From Gemmatimonadota bacterium (GTDB lineage Bacteria > Gemmatimonadota > Gemmatimonadetes > Longimicrobiales > RSA9), in NCBI GenBank assembly GCA_017881445.1, contig JADGQX010000002.1:610-64609 (forward strand): a DNA stretch of 64,000 nucleotides. Reading direction: 5' to 3'. How positions within the stretch are numbered: the stretch's first letter is position 1; every line of letters begins with the position of its first letter. The notes below the pieces were generated by a model. It had not been told where the DNA came from, ran no database searches, and was given only the letters and a program-made list of their open reading frames with translations. Position numbers and translations under genes: made by a program. Positions 61,981-64,000 of this stretch are shown piece after piece.

Positions 61981-64000
61981 TCACCGAATCTGGAACTCGT
62001 AGAGGTTGATGCTGAACGGTGCGACGGTGATCGGCCGGTTCGCGTTCGAGAGCGTCGATTCGGTCAACGTGACCTCCGGCGGCTTGCCCGCCACGTTGCC
62101 TGCTTGAATGGTCGGGCCGGAAACGGTCCAGGTCCGCCCGCTGTTCGGCAGCTTGGCGCCGCCGACCTGGAGCTGGAGCTTCTGGGCGCTGGCGCTCGGA
62201 TTGACGACCGAGATCGTGAGCCGCTGACGGTCTTTGGAAAGGGCGGCCATCACGTCCAGTGGATACGTCGGGCTGCCGGACGGGGTGTGGGGAATGTCGA
62301 TACCCACGGTTCCATGGAGCTGCGGCTGGGGCGAGTTTCCGCCGATGTCGAGGATCGGCAGGGTCCCGAACCTGTCGCCCAGCATCTTGAACACGAGGCC
62401 GTTCGACCGCAGAACCGGCGGGTCCCAGCGGTTGTAGTCGATGGCACAGGGTGCGCACGTGTGATCCGACCTCTTGAAGACGTCCGTATGCCGGAACATC
62501 TCGTTGAGTGTCATCCCCACTGTAAGGCCTGCCGCCAGATCGCCCCCGCCGCCGGTGCTCCATTCGTCCATGACCATCCGGATGCCACTGTCCTTGAGCC
62601 AGGGCATACGCTGGAGATAGCCCTTCCACTCCTCCGCCGCAGCGTGGGCGCGGGTGGGAATCCTGCGCAACCGGTCCTGGATGGGCGCGACCGAATCCCG
62701 GACCCACTTGCCGGAGGCGGAATCGAAGTACTGAGCGTTCGCCCCGTAGGGCCCGTAGATGTGCTCGGAGATGTAATTCATGTTACGCCCGGTGTATCTC
62801 AGCAGGTTCCCGGACCAGTCGAACGGGCCGTCGTACTTATAGGGAGGCGAGACCACACGGGGGCGGTCCCTCGAGTCCGCCTGCATCTGATAGATGTCGG
62901 CGCCGGCCGCCACCAGGATGATCGACGGATCGACCGCGCGCATCGCCTCGGCGAACTGGTTGTCCTTGATCACGAAGTGGTCAATCGACATATGCCCGAT
63001 CTGCCACTCGCCGTACATTTCGTTGCCGATCCCCCACCACTTGACGGCGAACGGCTCGGGGTGGCCGTGATCGGCACGCAGCTTCCCCATCGGGGTGTTC
63101 AGCGAGCCATTGACGTACTCGACCCACTGTGCGGCTGAATGCTCATCGCCAAGTCCGGCGTTGACCCCGATGTAGGGCTCGCTGCCGATCAGCCGGTTCA
63201 GGTCGAGGATCTCGAAGGTGCCGACGTCGTTGGGCTCGAGTCCGTGCCACGCGAAGTCGTAGCGCGGGGGGCGCTTGTCCGGATTCCCGATCCCGTCCCG
63301 CCACTCGTAGTTCGCCGAAAAATTGCCGGCCCAGCGCGTCGTCGAGATATGCATCTCGCGGAAGAGCTGGATGTACCCAGGCCGCCAGCCGTCGATATTG
63401 TCCGCCTGCATGAGTGAGACGGCCCCGACGAGGAAGGAATCGTTGCCCGTACCGGTGATCTCGAACGTCGCTCGAGGGTTGTCCGCCCGAGCCGTGAAGG
63501 TCAGCGGGAAGGTGCGAAACTCCTGCGACAGGTTCTCCTGGATGCGGACCACCTGACGGTCATCGGGACCCGGGCCCCAGGTCAGGGTGATCGCCACCTT
63601 GGCCGCAGGATCCCCGGCGAGGACGACGCGGCCCACGTAGCTCTGGCCCTGGTGCACGGGTAGGCCCACCTGCCGAATGCCCCGCGGGTCAGCGCCGGCG
63701 AGCAGGATACGCGGGGAATGCTTGCCCACGTAAGCGCGAGCGCTGTCCATGACTACGCTGCTCCGGGGCCCCACCGGCGTCCATTGGTTCACCCATCTGC
63801 GGCGGTTGGGTGGGTCCTGGATTGTGTCGTTGTCCACGGGATAGTAGAACTTCCGGTCGCCGATCAACTCGGCCCACGCGTTGCCTTCCCACCAATTCCC
63901 GAGGTTCTCGATGAAGTGACCCCACATGAGGCGCTCGATCGGCTCGCCCGTCTTCGTCACGTCGATGGTGGCCCGCAAGACCTTCGAAGCGTCCTGCGCC
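61981..64000 (-). CDS. GH51-like alpha-L-arabinofuranosidase with an N-terminal CBM-like domain; 5-prime end lies outside the window
   Basis: It is collinear with 8871..10982: ERLMWGHFIENLGNWWEG, TTRWAGNFSANYEWRDGIGNPDKRPPR and WWGIGNEMYGEWQIGHM. The frame stays open to position 64000 (..AQDASKVLRATIDV), so the signal peptide and start are upstream of the window. Confidence 0.85.
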   Translation of the reverse strand, partial: AQDASKVLRATIDVTKTGEPIERLMWGHFIENLGNWWEGNAWAELIGDRKFYYPVDNDTIQDPPNRRRWVNQWTPVGPRSSVVMDSARAYVGKHSPRILLAGADPRGIRQVGLPVHQGQSYVGRVVLAGDPAAKVAITLTWGPGPDDRQVVRIQENLSQEFRTFPLTFTARADNPRATFEITGTGNDSFLVGAVSLMQADNIDGWRPGYIQLFREMHISTTRWAGNFSANYEWRDGIGNPDKRPPRYDFAWHGLEPNDVGTFEILDLNRLIGSEPYIGVNAGLGDEHSAAQWVEYVNGSLNTPMGKLRADHGHPEPFAVKWWGIGNEMYGEWQIGHMSIDHFVIKDNQFAEAMRAVDPSIILVAAGADIYQMQADSRDRPRVVSPPYKYDGPFDWSGNLLRYTGRNMNYISEHIYGPYGANAQYFDSASGKWVRDSVAPIQDRLRRIPTRAHAAAEEWKGYLQRMPWLKDSGIRMVMDEWSTGGGGDLAAGLTVGMTLNEMFRHTDVFKRSDHTCAPCAIDYNRWDPPVLRSNGLVFKMLGDRFGTLPILDIGGNSPQPQLHGTVGIDIPHTPSGSPTYPLDVMAALSKDRQRLTISVVNPSASAQKLQLQVGGAKLPNSGRTWTVSGPTIQAGNVAGKPPEVTLTESTLSNANRPITVAPFSINLYEFQIR

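Overview
This is a high-GC bacterial chromosomal segment. Hand counts on sample 60-nt lines give about 65-73% GC in most genes and about 48-62% in three blocks. Almost the whole window is one very large arabinan/arabinose-directed polysaccharide-utilisation region.

Supported content:
- a SusC/SusD-like outer-membrane pair
- four GH51 and six GH43 genes
- a GH54 arabinofuranosidase with a long atypical C-terminus
- a BNR/sialidase-fold (GH93-like) protein and a GH9
- two clan GH-A (GH5-like) paralogues
- CE1-like, type-B carboxylesterase and other alpha/beta-hydrolase esterases
- a GPH-family sugar symporter and an orphan TAXI-type binding protein
- a LacI-family regulator divergent from a galM-araB-araD operon
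- an enolase-superfamily plus FAH-family sugar-acid module

The most interesting content is a family of five secreted proteins of about 710-810 aa: four clear paralogues plus one distant Tat-signal member. I cannot assign them to any named family. They are interleaved with arabinan enzymes, so they are a candidate new CAZyme family. Two of them form a recent ~2.4 kb segmental duplication that brackets a lower-GC cassette (GPH symporter plus signal-less GH51). A palindromic terminator element recurs three times around this duplication.

The window also holds an unusual number of gene remnants:
- a frameshifted araB
- an N-truncated HAD hydrolase
- a chimeric esterase fragment
- a decayed GntP permease abutting an IS4-type transposase remnant
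- a frameshifted alpha/beta-hydrolase fragment
- a 31-codon 3-prime relic of a sixth family member

Shine-Dalgarno sites and sigma70-like promoters next to SusC/D suggest a non-Bacteroidia lineage such as Gemmatimonadota (inference). I saw no rRNA, tRNA or CRISPR array. All family calls rest on motif recognition by eye; no searches were run.
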